DNA of 64,000 nt, taken from contig JAUCBJ010008354.1 of NCBI GenBank assembly GCA_032718475.1, positions 125,041 through 189,040 on the forward strand, written 5' to 3'. Origin of the DNA: Nemertoderma westbladi (lineage: Eukaryota > Animalia > Xenacoelomorpha). How positions within the stretch are numbered: position 1 is the first letter of the stretch; each line of letters starts with the position of its first letter. Below, piece by piece: positions 63,618 to 64,000 of this stretch. The notes under the pieces are model-generated. The model did no database searches. It was not told where the DNA came from and worked only from the letters and a program-made list of their open reading frames with translations. The position numbers and the translations under genes are program-made.

Positions 63618-64000
63618 ATGTCTGATACTAAGCAGAACCTGTCAGACAGTCTATTAGATGTAACTATCTGCGACTCAGATAGAGGTGTAGAACCCTCTAG
63701 TCGTAAGTTCAGTTCACCTCCCACTGTGAGGAAGGTCATCCCTCCAGTAGTAATAACAGAACCTAGGCTAGTCCAACATCGTAGGTCTATCATAGGCACC
63801 CGAGCTCAGGTCAAGCGGGACCAAGAAGCAGCGGAACAGCAACAACCCGCGAGTCAGGAGCTTGTTACTCAGCGGCCCAGCAGCTCCAGTAGTGAGGATA
63901 CTGTAGAGCTGACACCCGAGCGCGGAGCAGAGATGACGGATGCGGTTTATACGGATCCCCTTCTCATCCTTCCTGCAGCCGTACTCACTAGGTTATTGAT
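63618..64000 (+). CDS. Copy 5 gag, 5' part (truncated by the window end)
   Basis: MSDTKQNLSDSLLDVTICDSDRG..., same start as copies 1 and 4. Confidence 0.9.
   Translation, partial: MSDTKQNLSDSLLDVTICDSDRGVEPSSRKFSSPPTVRKVIPPVVITEPRLVQHRRSIIGTRAQVKRDQEAAEQQQPASQELVTQRPSSSSSEDTVELTPERGAEMTDAVYTDPLLILPAAVLTRLL

Larger units (their letters stand above)
60373..64000 (+). mobile_element. BEL/Pao copy 5 (third type A variant) with rearranged 5' LTR; runs off the window
   Basis: Starts with TG inside the copy 4 3' spacer; leader homologous to copy 1; gag starts at 63618. Confidence 0.9.

Overview
Eukaryotic (probably invertebrate animal) DNA made almost entirely of nested mobile elements. The outermost layer is a decayed Polinton/Maverick (adintovirus-like) segment at about 2.6-7.5 kb: RING protein, packaging ATPase, PW, integrase, minor capsid and the start of a second minor-capsid paralog. 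It is interrupted by a CR1/L2-group LINE (2A-like peptide, PHD finger, APE endonuclease, RT). The LINE is split by three BEL/Pao LTR retrotransposons (9121-25773, TSD ATATC; 26447-50492, TSD TAGGC; 50622 onward). Two more BEL/Pao copies are nested inside these (32146-44632, TSD CCGTT; 60373 onward). Main finding: none of the five copies has a conserved tRNA primer-binding site. Instead, the 11-12 nt abutting each 5' LTR are the reverse complement of a fixed site in the element's own LTR, and the two sites co-vary across LTR variants. This suggests Tf1-like tRNA-independent self-priming in a BEL/Pao lineage. One copy carries a fold-back rearrangement whose junction lies exactly at this duplex. 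All calls come from reading the sequence by eye; no database searches or alignments were run.
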